Part shown: in pieces, positions 49,001 through 57,535 of the stretch | Layout of the letters: each line of letters begins with the position of its first letter | How positions within the stretch are numbered: position 1 is the stretch's first letter | Assembly (NCBI GenBank): GCA_964650305.1 | Contig: CAZYST010000001.1 | Location: forward strand, 49,953-113,952 | Direction: 5' to 3' | Source of the DNA: an uncultured Lachnospiraceae bacterium | Lineage (GTDB): Bacteria; Bacillota; Clostridia; TANB77; CAG-508 | Length of the DNA stretch: 64,000 nucleotides | Position numbers and translations under genes: made by a program | The notes under the pieces: model-generated | Told to the model about the DNA's origin: nothing | What the model saw: the letters and a program-made list of their open reading frames with translations, nothing else | Databases searched by the model: none

Positions 49001-49486
49001 TTTATTTTTCATTAAATCAGCATTTTCTTTAGTTGCTGTTAATAGTTGTCCTGCTTCTTTATTTGATTCTTCAGATTTACTATTAGATTTATAACCTCTT
49101 TTTTTCACAAAACTTATTAAAACTCTTGCTAATTCTTTATTAGTTAATTTCTCATCTAATCCTTGCACTCTTAATTCGTATACATTATATTGAAATTTAT
49201 AATTTTCATACATATCTTCTATTTCTTTTTTAGAAATAATATTATATCTTTCTAAAAGACGTTTGGTTCTTTCTATTCTATGTTTTTTTCTTCGTAATCT
49301 ACGACGTAATCCTCTTTTATCTCTTCTATCTTTAGCTAATGGTGAACCGTCTTTAGGTTTTTCAGCAGCATCAAATATTCTACTTCCTAAATCAATGATT
49401 CTTATTGGATTTCCTTTCATATCATCTTCTATTACTGCCCACCCTACTGATGTAATTCCAATATCTAATCCTATTCTATATCCCAT
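46085..49486 (-). CDS. cas9: Cas9, compact type II-C-like (about 1133 aa)
   Basis: RuvC-I YRIGLDIGITSVGWAV. Arg-rich bridge helix RRDKRGLRRRLRRKKHR. HNH DVDHIIPYS...N. RuvC-III HHAIDA. GGGAGG RBS 4 nt before ATG 49486. No csn2 or cas4 is present in the locus. Confidence 0.95.
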   Translation of the reverse strand: MGYRIGLDIGITSVGWAVIEDDMKGNPIRIIDLGSRIFDAAEKPKDGSPLAKDRRDKRGLRRRLRRKKHRIERTKRLLERYNIISKKEIEDMYENYKFQYNVYELRVQGLDEKLTNKELARVLISFVKKRGYKSNSKSEESNKEAGQLLTATKENADLMKNKNYRTVAEMYLKDDKFKFKNKNGEYILDSKGNTQIKIKNSVDDYKNTTLRKLLVDEIILILNKQKELNSFVTDEFIKEYLEIFEGQRNFDDGPGEESPYGGNQIEKMLGNCTFEKEEKRAAKATYTFEYFKLLQMLNHIKIEKTIINDCKEKKVEKRELTKEEKEKIKNLILSKSTVTFDNIRKELNLSNYERFNLITYKSSIDFSEESNKEVEKERKLKEFESYNKLKTALNHIEKNYIEKISKEDLDFLGYALTIYKNDEKRINYLKENTNLSDEAINEVLPLSFSKVGSLSIKAMKKIIPELEKGYTYDKAVDNVYEDFRGTVNTVKKSKLKLKDLEQEISNPVVRRAVSQSIKVLNAITLKYNSIYGKPDVVVIELAREIGKNFQDRNKIQKSQEENMKKNENALKTIMEYKKNPTGQDIVKFKLWKEQQNICLYSGKTISINDLFTEAVDVDHIIPYSMCFDDSYSNKVLVLASENRQKGNRVPYQYEKEAGRNLDEYEIRINNIVKNPAKKRKLLKQQVDKEDIEGWKERNLKDTQYICKIMYNLIRNHLEFSNNDNFERKVWTVNGQITSHIRKRLGIEKIREDGDIHHAIDATIIAITTQKMINEITNYYQYRDGRYMQNNGEYVDILTGEVLTAKEYEEKNKKTFPEPWDKFRKELDIRTNCQTKERMIECLAAEKIYTYDTEEKIDELEPIFVSKMPRRKVTGVAHLDTVRGVKKEEDSIKSVTKTELKKLKLKNGEIEGYPEKCKQDDKLLYNALKEQLIKFNGNAEQAFKEDFYKPKADGTKGPLVKKVKIEEKMTLGVEFNEGKSIAGNGDCVRLDIFYVENEGYYFIPIYVSDVVKDVLPNKTCVGGKPYAQWKEMNDENFIFSIYPKDLIHIVGKNKIKLNPNNKENKTIEVDEVFAYYVKADISNAVINIQTHDNKYVKKIGIKELKILEKYTVDILGNYSKVKLPEKRLPFNIKK

Positions 49487-49499
49487 AAAACCTCCCATA

Positions 49500-49630
49500 T
49501 ATGAAGATAGCTGCCCATTTTTGGACAGCTAGAGCTTTACGACTCATAAGTTTTATAATAAAACTTAGGTCTTATTATAATAACCTATTCTACTTTGATA
49601 TGATATACAATGTGCTATTCCCAAAGCACG
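49500..49630 (-). ncRNA. tracrRNA: Predicted tracrRNA (anti-repeat plus two hairpins) immediately upstream of cas9
   Basis: Plus strand 49573-49612 (attataataacctattctactttgatatgatatacaat) mirrors about 30 of 36 repeat positions, so the minus transcript is complementary to plus-strand crRNA. Hairpins lie at 49547-49567 (8 bp) and 49508-49531 (10 bp with one G-U on the minus RNA). There is no strong U-tract. Confidence 0.6.
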
Positions 49631-49635
49631 TTTAT

Positions 49636-49664
49636 ATAATATCTTATTTTCATCAATTTGTCAA
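49636..49664 (-). promoter_or_regulatory. SigA-type promoter TTGACA-17-TATTAT for tracrRNA/cas9
   Basis: Minus strand -35 at 49664-49659 and -10 at 49641-49636. The predicted start is about 7 nt downstream, just before the anti-repeat region. Confidence 0.6.
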
Positions 49665-49746
49665 TAACTCTCCATATTTAAATTATACCACACTTTTATT
49701 TTTCTTAGGAAAAATATTACTTTTTACGTTCAATTTGTACTATTTT

Positions 49747-49775
49747 TTGACTAATTTACATAATTATGGTATAAT
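49747..49775 (+). promoter_or_regulatory. Near-consensus promoter TTGACT-17-TATAAT with TG extension, driving ORF 49809
   Basis: -35 at 49747-49752, tgg-TATAAT at 49767-49775, AAAGGAG RBS at 49793-49799. Confidence 0.7.
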
Positions 49776-49808
49776 ATTATTATCAAATACATAAAGGAGT
49801 ACAACACT

Positions 49809-50447
49809 ATGAAAAACAAGACTTTTACAACCAGAGACATCATTGACCTCGCAAAAGGACGGATCACACCTTGTATAAAGGTGGAAACTCAGAACATCGT
49901 GTTCCCTCATTGGTCTGATTTGGGCCTTCTCGGACTTATGTTCCGCCAGTGCATTGTTACAAAAGAACAGCCTGATGGACATATTTACGACGAGTCTTCT
50001 TTCCAGCCTGTTCTCCGCATTTTGGACGGAAAAGTTCTTATGAACAACAAAACCGATTCTTATGCGTGGAAGTTTTCCAAGCTTGGAAGTGCCAAAAATA
50101 TTGGCGTCATTGGAACCGCTACTGCTGAAGGGCTTATTAGCTTAGCTACTGTCTTAAGCAGTATTTCCGATGATCAAGAAAAAGCCCTCGTTGCTGGCAT
50201 GTTTGCCAATTTCAACAAGAATTTGCAACTTGTCACAACTCCTGCCGAAAAGCGTGTTTGCATTGAAGTTACCAAAGATCTTTATGATGCTGGATTGACT
50301 TTCTGTGTAGACGAATGGGCAGAAACCGATGAGAATGGTTATGCTGAGGAAACTATCCTCAACATTGGCGACTTTTTGATTGTCACTTCTTATGGCGTAT
50401 ATTGCATTCGCCGTGAAGAATTTTTGACAACTCATAAATTCGCTTAA
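49809..50447 (+). CDS. Hypothetical 212-aa protein encoded by a GC-rich (about 40-45% by hand count) foreign segment
   Basis: Clean ORF with a strong promoter, RBS and terminator. Composition contrasts sharply with the flanks. No motif recognised. Confidence 0.75.
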   Translation: MKNKTFTTRDIIDLAKGRITPCIKVETQNIVFPHWSDLGLLGLMFRQCIVTKEQPDGHIYDESSFQPVLRILDGKVLMNNKTDSYAWKFSKLGSAKNIGVIGTATAEGLISLATVLSSISDDQEKALVAGMFANFNKNLQLVTTPAEKRVCIEVTKDLYDAGLTFCVDEWAETDENGYAEETILNIGDFLIVTSYGVYCIRREEFLTTHKFA

Positions 50448-50478
50448 AGCTCCTCCAGAAGTCATTAATTGAGTTCTA

Positions 50479-50513
50479 CAAATCCCTACTCTTCGAGTAG
50501 GGATTTGTTTTTA
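50479..50513 (+). terminator. Rho-independent terminator of ORF 49809
   Basis: 13-bp stem caaatccctactc/gagtagggatttg followed by TTTTT. Confidence 0.85.
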
Positions 50514-50521
50514 TATTTACT

Positions 50522-51124
50522 TTAATCTTTATTATTTAATCTTTTAATAAATTCGATTATCTTATTAAAAAAATTTATATTTTTCTTCTTGCTTTTAAAT
50601 TCATATTTTTTACTTTCTTTTTCTTCTATTTCATTTAAAATTTCATTATCATGATTACTTCTTGTTTTATCGTTATCTTTTTTCAATTTTTCTTTCAATT
50701 CTTTTTCTTTACAATTTGAATTCATAAAATTTCGTTCTTTTTTATAGCTTATTCCATTTTCTATAAAAGGATTTTTCTCATTCAAATTTGCATATGTACT
50801 ATAAAGTTTATTAATATTTTCTTTTCTTCTTTTTTCTTCTTCAGCTTTTTCCTTTTCAATTTTTTCTTTTCTTAATATATTTTCTCTTTCACTTGGAGTA
50901 GCCCAATAATCTCTATACATTTCTCTTAAGATTTTTCTAGTTTCATTTAAATAATTTTGATTTTTTAATGATTTTTTTGTATCAATTTTAAATTGATGTT
51001 CTGTATCCATTTTTAATTCAAATGTATATATCATTTCTTTTGGCAATTTTTGAACATATTCTTTTGGTATGTATTTTAATAATTCTAATATTTCTTTATA
51101 TGCTTTATGAAAATTATTTTCCAT
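50522..51124 (-). CDS. Hypothetical K/E-rich protein
   Basis: 200-aa ORF. Low-complexity charged C-terminal half. No motif recognised. Confidence 0.4.
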   Translation of the reverse strand: MENNFHKAYKEILELLKYIPKEYVQKLPKEMIYTFELKMDTEHQFKIDTKKSLKNQNYLNETRKILREMYRDYWATPSERENILRKEKIEKEKAEEEKRRKENINKLYSTYANLNEKNPFIENGISYKKERNFMNSNCKEKELKEKLKKDNDKTRSNHDNEILNEIEEKESKKYEFKSKKKNINFFNKIIEFIKRLNNKD

Positions 51125-51230
51125 ACATTCACCTTCCTATTTATGCAATATATTTTTATTCTCGTAACCTTTTTTCCACTTTTTCTGTACTTTTTGTGAA
51201 AAATATGTATATTTTATTACTACTCTTGCT

Positions 51231-51701
51231 TTATGCTTTTATTTCTAATTCTGATGTACAATGTGGACATCTAGTTGCTTTTACATTTATTTCACTATAG
51301 CAAAAAGGACATATTTTAACAGTAGGCTCTGGAATATTTTGTTCCTTTTGCTTTTTTCCTTTATTCAATTTAGTAGCAAGTTCTTCTATTTTTCCAAATT
51401 TAATATTTTCCATTTTTTTGTTCAATTTATTAACATATTTTACAGCAATAAAAATTGAGAATGCTATAATCAAAAAATTCACTATCGCTGTTATAAAATT
51501 TCCATATTTAATTGATGCATCACCTATTGTAATCATTCTGTCTGAAAAGTCCACTTTTCCTGTAAGTATAGATACACATGGCATTATTATATCTTCTACT
51601 AAAGACGTTACTATTTTTTGAAATGCACCTCCTATAACAACACCAACAGCCATGTCCATAATATTTCCACGAGTGGCAAATTCTTTAAATTCTTTAAACA
51701 T
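51231..51701 (-). CDS. mscL: Large-conductance mechanosensitive channel MscL with a C-terminal zinc-ribbon extension
   Basis: [27 protein letters not shown]...[14 protein letters not shown] is the MscL core. The extra tail reads [18 protein letters not shown]. Confidence 0.85.
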   Translation of the reverse strand: MFKEFKEFATRGNIMDMAVGVVIGGAFQKIVTSLVEDIIMPCVSILTGKVDFSDRMITIGDASIKYGNFITAIVNFLIIAFSIFIAVKYVNKLNKKMENIKFGKIEELATKLNKGKKQKEQNIPEPTVKICPFCYSEINVKATRCPHCTSELEIKA

Positions 51702-51788
51702 ATATTCCTCCTAAAATTAGTATTTAAAAAGTATTATAATACGATTACTTTCGTTTTACCATTCTTTTATTTTATATTTTTAAATATG

Positions 51789-52811
51789 CTATTTTTCATC
51801 ATTTTCGTCTTGTATTTCTCCTACCAATCTTTCTATTATATCTTCTAATGTAATTATTCCACAAAATTCATTTTTATCATTATATACTATTGCCATCATT
51901 TGTTTTTGGCTTTGCATTTTTCTAAATGTACTTGACAAATTATCTTTTTTATTAACTTTTATTGCTTCTCTTAAATAATCTTTTATTTGAATATCATTAC
52001 AAAATCCGTTTTCTGTAATAACATCTTTCATATTAAAAATTCCTATAATATTATTTTCGTTTCCACTATATACTGGCATTCTTGAAAATTTATATTTTTT
52101 AATCATTTTAATAATATCGCTATGTTTTGCTTTTAAATCTATAGCTTTAATATCCTTTTTGGGTATCATTTCATCTTTTACAAGTACTGCATCAAATTTT
52201 ATTGTATTTAATATTATTGCTTTTTCTTCTTTTCCTATTATTCCATCTGACATGCTTTCACGAATTAACATTTTTAATTCTTTTTCTGTTAATTTGTATT
52301 CTGTTGTTTCTGGTATATTAAATATTTTTGAAAATATCTTTGTTGTGATTCTAACAAATTCTTCAAAAGGTTTATTTAACTTTGCCAAAATCCATAATAG
52401 ATTTATTGTTATATATGCTGTTTTTTCTGGATTATTTCTAGCTAATTGTTTTGGTAAAATATATCCAAAAACTAAAAATACATATGTTAACAATAATGCA
52501 ACTATTATAACTGATAGTGTATTTGCTGTAGAATATGCTATATATCTTGCTAATAATAATTTTAATGGATCTACAAATACTTCTGCAGCATAAGCTGTTG
52601 CTAGTAATTCTATTGCTGTTGTTAAAAGTTCTATTTCTCCCCAAAATCCTATTCTATTTTCTTTTAGTGCTTTTATTCTTTGTGCTCTTTTATCTTTTTT
52701 TATTTTTGAATTTAATCTTTCTCTATCAATGTAAGTTATAGCTGTATCTCCTGCAGAAAATAATGCTTTTAATAATAACATTATAAAAACAATTATAAAA
52801 CTAATTACCAT
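51789..52811 (-). CDS. CNNM/DUF21 transmembrane domain plus CBS-pair protein (hemolysin/CorC-TlyC family), without a CorC_HlyC tail
   Basis: 340 aa. Four N-terminal TM segments, then CBS-like repeats (...MIPKKDIKAIDL..., ...GIITLEDIIERLVGEIQDE). Confidence 0.7.
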   Translation of the reverse strand: MVISFIIVFIMLLLKALFSAGDTAITYIDRERLNSKIKKDKRAQRIKALKENRIGFWGEIELLTTAIELLATAYAAEVFVDPLKLLLARYIAYSTANTLSVIIVALLLTYVFLVFGYILPKQLARNNPEKTAYITINLLWILAKLNKPFEEFVRITTKIFSKIFNIPETTEYKLTEKELKMLIRESMSDGIIGKEEKAIILNTIKFDAVLVKDEMIPKKDIKAIDLKAKHSDIIKMIKKYKFSRMPVYSGNENNIIGIFNMKDVITENGFCNDIQIKDYLREAIKVNKKDNLSSTFRKMQSQKQMMAIVYNDKNEFCGIITLEDIIERLVGEIQDENDEK

Positions 52812-52883
52812 TTTTCACTCCACTACTTTTTTCTTTATAATACTACTAATTATTTTTTTCTTCAAGTAAATTACTATTATTTA

Positions 52884-52936
52884 GAAAAAAACTCAAGCCC
52901 CTTAAACCAATGGTTTAACTAAGGGCTTGAGCTTTT
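52884..52936 (-). terminator. Terminator after mtgA
   Basis: Long GC-containing hairpin ctcaagcccctta...taagggcttgag (52892-52931). T-run follows on the minus strand. Confidence 0.75.
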
Positions 52937-53038
52937 CAGAAATATGTATTGTTTTATTAATTATTTTCATTTTGTTGCATTTTATAATTTATATTTTCTT
53001 CTGGAAAATTTCCAAATTTTTCATAATATTCTTCATAT

Positions 53039-53770
53039 CTATTTTCCATTTCTCTCATTATTCTGTCCATTATAATCCTCCTTCATAATCTTATCAGCTT
53101 GTTCCTGTGTAAGATATTTATATTTTACCATTTTATTTACTACTTGACCTTGCCTTTGTTTTGCAAGTTCTGGATTTTTTGTTGGAGCATACACAGATGG
53201 TGCATTTGGTATACCTGCAAGTAACGTACATTCATATAAATTCATTTCACTAGCGTTTTTATCAAAATATCCTTCTGCTGCATCTCCTACACAATAATAT
53301 CCATCTCCAAAATAACTAGTATTCACATATAATTCTAATATTTGATCTTTGCTACAAACTTTTTCTATTTCGAAAGCCATAAATACTTCTGCAATTTTTC
53401 GTGTTATTTCTTTCTTTTGTGTAAAATATATGTTTTTAGCTAATTGTTGTGTTATTGTACTTCCACCTTCTACTAATTTCATTTCTTTTGCATTTTTTAA
53501 TATAGCCCTTCCTATTGATATCATATCAACTCCAGAATGGGTATAAAATCTTCTATCCTCTACTGCAATAACTGCATTCAAATAATCTTTTGGCAATTCA
53601 CTTATGTTTGTATAATTATCTTTTTCTTCTTTTATTTCTTCTATTTTCTCTTGTATAGATATCTCTTGAAGTGCATTTTTATACATATCATACCCTTTAT
53701 AAGTATAAAAACCAGCAACAGATATTACCACAATAATAATAACTGCCAAGATCCTTTTTAAAATTTTCAT
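53039..53770 (-). CDS. mtgA: Monofunctional peptidoglycan glycosyltransferase (GT51)
   Basis: 243 aa with an N-terminal TM. EDRRFYTHSGVD and GGSTITQQLAKN motifs. Confidence 0.88.
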   Translation of the reverse strand: MKILKRILAVIIIVVISVAGFYTYKGYDMYKNALQEISIQEKIEEIKEEKDNYTNISELPKDYLNAVIAVEDRRFYTHSGVDMISIGRAILKNAKEMKLVEGGSTITQQLAKNIYFTQKKEITRKIAEVFMAFEIEKVCSKDQILELYVNTSYFGDGYYCVGDAAEGYFDKNASEMNLYECTLLAGIPNAPSVYAPTKNPELAKQRQGQVVNKMVKYKYLTQEQADKIMKEDYNGQNNERNGK

Positions 53771-53961
53771 ATAATCACCCTTTTTTTCATGCCTACATTA
53801 TATACCAAAAATTATGTCTTTTTTATGAAAATTTTATTAAATTTATCTTAATTTTTGTGAAGAAAAAAAGTTTTTTCTGTAACATTATATTTTGATTTTA
53901 AAAAAGTACCCAGAAAATAGCACATTTAAAGCTAAATTTCTAAGTACTTTTATTTTTACAT

Positions 53962-55683
53962 TTATTCTTTTTCTAATATTTTTTTAATTTCTACATATCT
54001 TTTAATTTTTTGTGTAGTTGTTTTTACAAAATCTTCTTTTGTTAAAATCATATGTTTAATATATTTATATGTTGGCATTTCTTTATTTATTTCTTTTATT
54101 TTTTCCCAAACCACTTTTTCTAATTCTTCATCTGTTATATTTGGATATTTTTCTTTAACATATTCTTCATCATATTGTACTTTTACACTTAAAAGTAAAT
54201 CATTATTTTTAGGTAATCCAAATACCATACATTCTTTTACTATATCTAATTTATTTATTAATGTTTCTACTTCATCTGGATATATATTTTTTCCATTTTT
54301 TAGTACTATAACATCTTTTTTTCTTCCTGTTACAAATAAAAATCCTTCTTCATCAATATATCCTAAATCTCCTGTATAGAACCATCCATCTTTTAATACT
54401 GCATTTGTAGCTTCTTCATTTTCAAAATATCCAAGCATTACATTTGGGCCTTTTGCTATAATTTCTCCAATTCCTTCTTCGTTTTTATCTACAATTTTTA
54501 TTTCAACATTTGGCATTGGAAAACCACATGATCCATATTTTATATATTTATAGTTTTCTGCTGAAAGTACTGGTGATGTTTCTGTTAATCCATATCCTTG
54601 TACGGTTTTTATTCCCATTTCATTTAGCCCTTTAGATACTTCTTTATCTAAACTTGCAGCTCCACTTATTATTGTTCTTAATGAACCACCTAATTGGTCT
54701 ATTATTTGTTTAAAAACTTTTCTTCTTACATCTATTCCTACTTTGCTTAATACATTACAAGTTACTCTTCCAAATTTTATTGCTTTTGTTTTGCCTTGTT
54801 TTTCAACTTCTTTCATTATTTTTTTATAAATAGATTCTATAAGTAATGGAACTCCTACAAAAAATGTAGCTTTATATTCTTTTAAATTTTGAGCAACATA
54901 TCTTAATCCATCAGGGAAACATGTTGATGCTCCACAACTTAAAAATACTATCATTCCAGTTGAACCAAATGTATGATGTAAAGGTAAAAATGCTAAATTT
55001 ACATCTGTATTTCTAAAGTCTTCTACTAAATGCATTGAATGTACATTTGAAGCAATATTTCTTTGTGAAAGCATTACTATTTTAGAAGCAGATGTTGTTC
55101 CTGATGTAAATAATAATACACTCATTTTATCTGGATCTATTTCTACATTATCATATTCTGTATTTCCAGCATCTAAAATTTCTTTTCCTTTTTTCATAAT
55201 ACTTGCAATAGATTTAAATTCTTCATTTTCATCCATACAAATATATTCTCTTAAATTTGATTCTCCTTTTGCACGTACTTTTTCTACAATATCTATAAAT
55301 TCTTTTTCAAATATTATAGCATCTGCTTTTGATCTTAAAATAGAATTTTCAATTTCTTTTTCTGTAAGTGATTTGTCAAGAGGCACTGCAATCATTCCGC
55401 CTAGCAAAATTGTTATATAGCTTAAGCCCCATTCGTATCTGTTTTTAGAAATTATAATTATTCTTTTATTTTTTAATCCTAAATTATATAATCCTGTACC
55501 AAAATTTCTGTATTCTTGATTAAATTCTTTATAACTAACATTTCTATAAGTTATATTCTTTGGGTTTTCCTTATTTTTAATCACAAATGCAGTATTATCT
55601 GGATATCTGCTTTCAGTATATCTTATAATCTCTCTTATATCTTTAACTTCTGGATATTCAAAAAAAACTTCGTCTTTCTTCAT
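53962..55683 (-). CDS. Long-chain-fatty-acid--CoA ligase (AMP-binding superfamily)
   Basis: FTSGTTSASK AMP-binding box, GYGLTETS, YTGDLG...GRKKD. Confidence 0.88.
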   Translation of the reverse strand: MKKDEVFFEYPEVKDIREIIRYTESRYPDNTAFVIKNKENPKNITYRNVSYKEFNQEYRNFGTGLYNLGLKNKRIIIISKNRYEWGLSYITILLGGMIAVPLDKSLTEKEIENSILRSKADAIIFEKEFIDIVEKVRAKGESNLREYICMDENEEFKSIASIMKKGKEILDAGNTEYDNVEIDPDKMSVLLFTSGTTSASKIVMLSQRNIASNVHSMHLVEDFRNTDVNLAFLPLHHTFGSTGMIVFLSCGASTCFPDGLRYVAQNLKEYKATFFVGVPLLIESIYKKIMKEVEKQGKTKAIKFGRVTCNVLSKVGIDVRRKVFKQIIDQLGGSLRTIISGAASLDKEVSKGLNEMGIKTVQGYGLTETSPVLSAENYKYIKYGSCGFPMPNVEIKIVDKNEEGIGEIIAKGPNVMLGYFENEEATNAVLKDGWFYTGDLGYIDEEGFLFVTGRKKDVIVLKNGKNIYPDEVETLINKLDIVKECMVFGLPKNNDLLLSVKVQYDEEYVKEKYPNITDEELEKVVWEKIKEINKEMPTYKYIKHMILTKEDFVKTTTQKIKRYVEIKKILEKE

Positions 55684-55852
55684 AAATTTTCCCCTTCATC
55701 TAGTTTTCAAAACTATTATATACGACTTCTAAAACAAAGTCAAATTCGTATTGTATATTTTCTCATCTTGTGTTATTATCATAGTATATCACTAGTGTTG
55801 AGAGATTTTAATTTTTCTGAACAGTCAGTCAGTTTTAGAAAGAGGTTTGAAA

Positions 55853-56371
55853 ATGGAAGAAAAAAAATTAGTTGATTGCTTAAAACCAATCAAACACAAA
55901 TTACCATATTGGAATGAATTACCAGAAATTGAATTATATATGGATCAAGTAATAGTTCTTATGGAAAAATATTTATCACTTCATATTTCTAATGGAGATA
56001 AAATAATAACTCCTTCTATGATTAATAATTACGTAAAATTAGGAATTATGCCTGCACCTATAAAGAAAAGATATTCAAGAATACATATTGCTTACCTTAT
56101 TATAATATGTTCTTTAAAACAAATTATACCTATTCCTGAAATAAAAAGGCTTATCGAAATGAGAGTCGCTAAATCATCCATAGAAGAAACTTTAAACTTT
56201 TTTAGCGATTTATATGATTCTACTTTTAACACAGTTGTTGCAATTGGAACAAAATTTAATTCTAAAAATGAAACTGATAATGATATCTGGGAAGACACAG
56301 CATTATATATGGCAATTGGCTCAAATGCAGCAAAGTATGTAGCTGAAACAATTTTAAAACAATCAAAATAA
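55853..56371 (+). CDS. DUF1836-like protein
   Basis: ...YMDQVIVLMEKYL...ITPSMINNYVKLGIMPAPIKKRYSRIHIAYLIIICSLKQ pattern. AAGAGG RBS 7 nt before ATG 55853. Confidence 0.55.
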   Translation: MEEKKLVDCLKPIKHKLPYWNELPEIELYMDQVIVLMEKYLSLHISNGDKIITPSMINNYVKLGIMPAPIKKRYSRIHIAYLIIICSLKQIIPIPEIKRLIEMRVAKSSIEETLNFFSDLYDSTFNTVVAIGTKFNSKNETDNDIWEDTALYMAIGSNAAKYVAETILKQSK

Positions 56372-56382
56372 TTTAATAAAAT

Positions 56383-56443
56383 AAAAAACTTGTTTAATTT
56401 TAAAATAAATTGCATTTATTTTATTTATAAACAAGTCTTTTTT
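56383..56443. terminator. Bidirectional terminator (nested hairpin) between convergent genes
   Basis: Outer stem acttgttta/taaacaagt and inner stem aaaataaat/atttatttt, flanked by A- and T-runs. Confidence 0.6.
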
Positions 56444-56457
56444 ATTTGTTTTATTTT

Positions 56458-57348
56458 TTATTTATTTTCTTTTTTTTGCATTACTTCTTTTAATTTTTGA
56501 AGTCCAAATATTACAGCTCCACCTATTATAAAGAATATTATACTAAATGTTGCAAAAGTCATTGCAGGTTGTGCAACTTCTAATGTTGTTGGACCTAATA
56601 CTATAGGACAAATTGAACCAATCATAAGACCTAAAATTGTATACATTGTTTGGCTTTTAAATTTCTCTAAACATTTTCTAATTAATTTTATTACTGTAGC
56701 AATTCCAGCTAAACATCCAAAAGAAAATAATATTAAAACTGGTAAATATGAAAAATTAAAATGTAAAACATCTTTAATAGCTGAAACTATTGGCATATAT
56801 AAACCAAATACTAATAATAATGTTGAACCTGAAATTCCTGGTAATATCATTGCAGATATTGCAACCATTGCTACTAAAAATATATATATACACATTCCAA
56901 GATTTAAGTGTTCTACACTAAGATTTACACCTTCACCTGTTGCTGGATTTAAAAATGATATTACGACAACAAGTGCTATTCCTAAAACTGTAAATATTAA
57001 ATTTTTATATTTTCCTTTGAATTCATCTTTTTCTTCTAATATAATTATTGGTATAGAGAAAACTATAAATCCCAAAAATAAAGAACTTACTTGATAAATA
57101 TGACTTTCAAAAACGCTAGCTAATATTAGCATTGATAATATCATACCTATTACCCAACCAACTCCTATTTTACATAAGAATTTAATTGCTTCAATTCTTT
57201 CTTCTTTTTTTCCTGTAATTAAATGATCAAGTGAAACAATAAATTTTTCATAAAATCCTAATAAAAATGCTATAGTTCCACCAGATACACCTGGTACACT
57301 GTCAGCAAGTGCCATACAAAAACCTCTTATTAAGTTTAATATAAACAT
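56458..57348 (-). CDS. DUF368 family membrane protein (family reported as undecaprenyl-phosphate translocase)
   Basis: ALADSVPGVSGGTIAFLLGFYE and a second ILPGISGSTLLLV repeat. Polytopic. Confidence 0.8.
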   Translation of the reverse strand: MFILNLIRGFCMALADSVPGVSGGTIAFLLGFYEKFIVSLDHLITGKKEERIEAIKFLCKIGVGWVIGMILSMLILASVFESHIYQVSSLFLGFIVFSIPIIILEEKDEFKGKYKNLIFTVLGIALVVVISFLNPATGEGVNLSVEHLNLGMCIYIFLVAMVAISAMILPGISGSTLLLVFGLYMPIVSAIKDVLHFNFSYLPVLILFSFGCLAGIATVIKLIRKCLEKFKSQTMYTILGLMIGSICPIVLGPTTLEVAQPAMTFATFSIIFFIIGGAVIFGLQKLKEVMQKKENK

Positions 57349-57535
57349 GCTTTTTCTTCCTTTTTAGTAAATTTAGATTTTTTATTTTCAAGAAATCCAT
57401 AAAACTCTTTTGTATTATACTTTAATTTATATTTTTTTGTCAATAACTGTCAAATCTTATAAAAGTTTCTATTTTCCTATATTTTTCATAGCCTTTAGCT
57501 CTATCTGTTTAAAGCTTTTTATATCTATTTTTTAC

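Noticed and set aside
49764-50465. Minus-strand ORFs 49764..49982 and 50154..50465 antisense to the GC-rich gene, and plus-strand ORFs 49263..49532 and 49501..49794 over the cas9 start and tracrRNA region
   Set aside because: They have no RBS and no expression signals. The plus-strand 212-aa ORF has a full promoter, RBS and terminator set, and the region upstream of cas9 is better explained by the tracrRNA and promoters.
55825-55842. (cagt)3 microsatellite or operator-like sequence in the fadD / DUF1836 divergent promoter region
   Set aside because: It is not palindromic, has only three units, and no second copy exists. The evidence is insufficient for a regulatory call.
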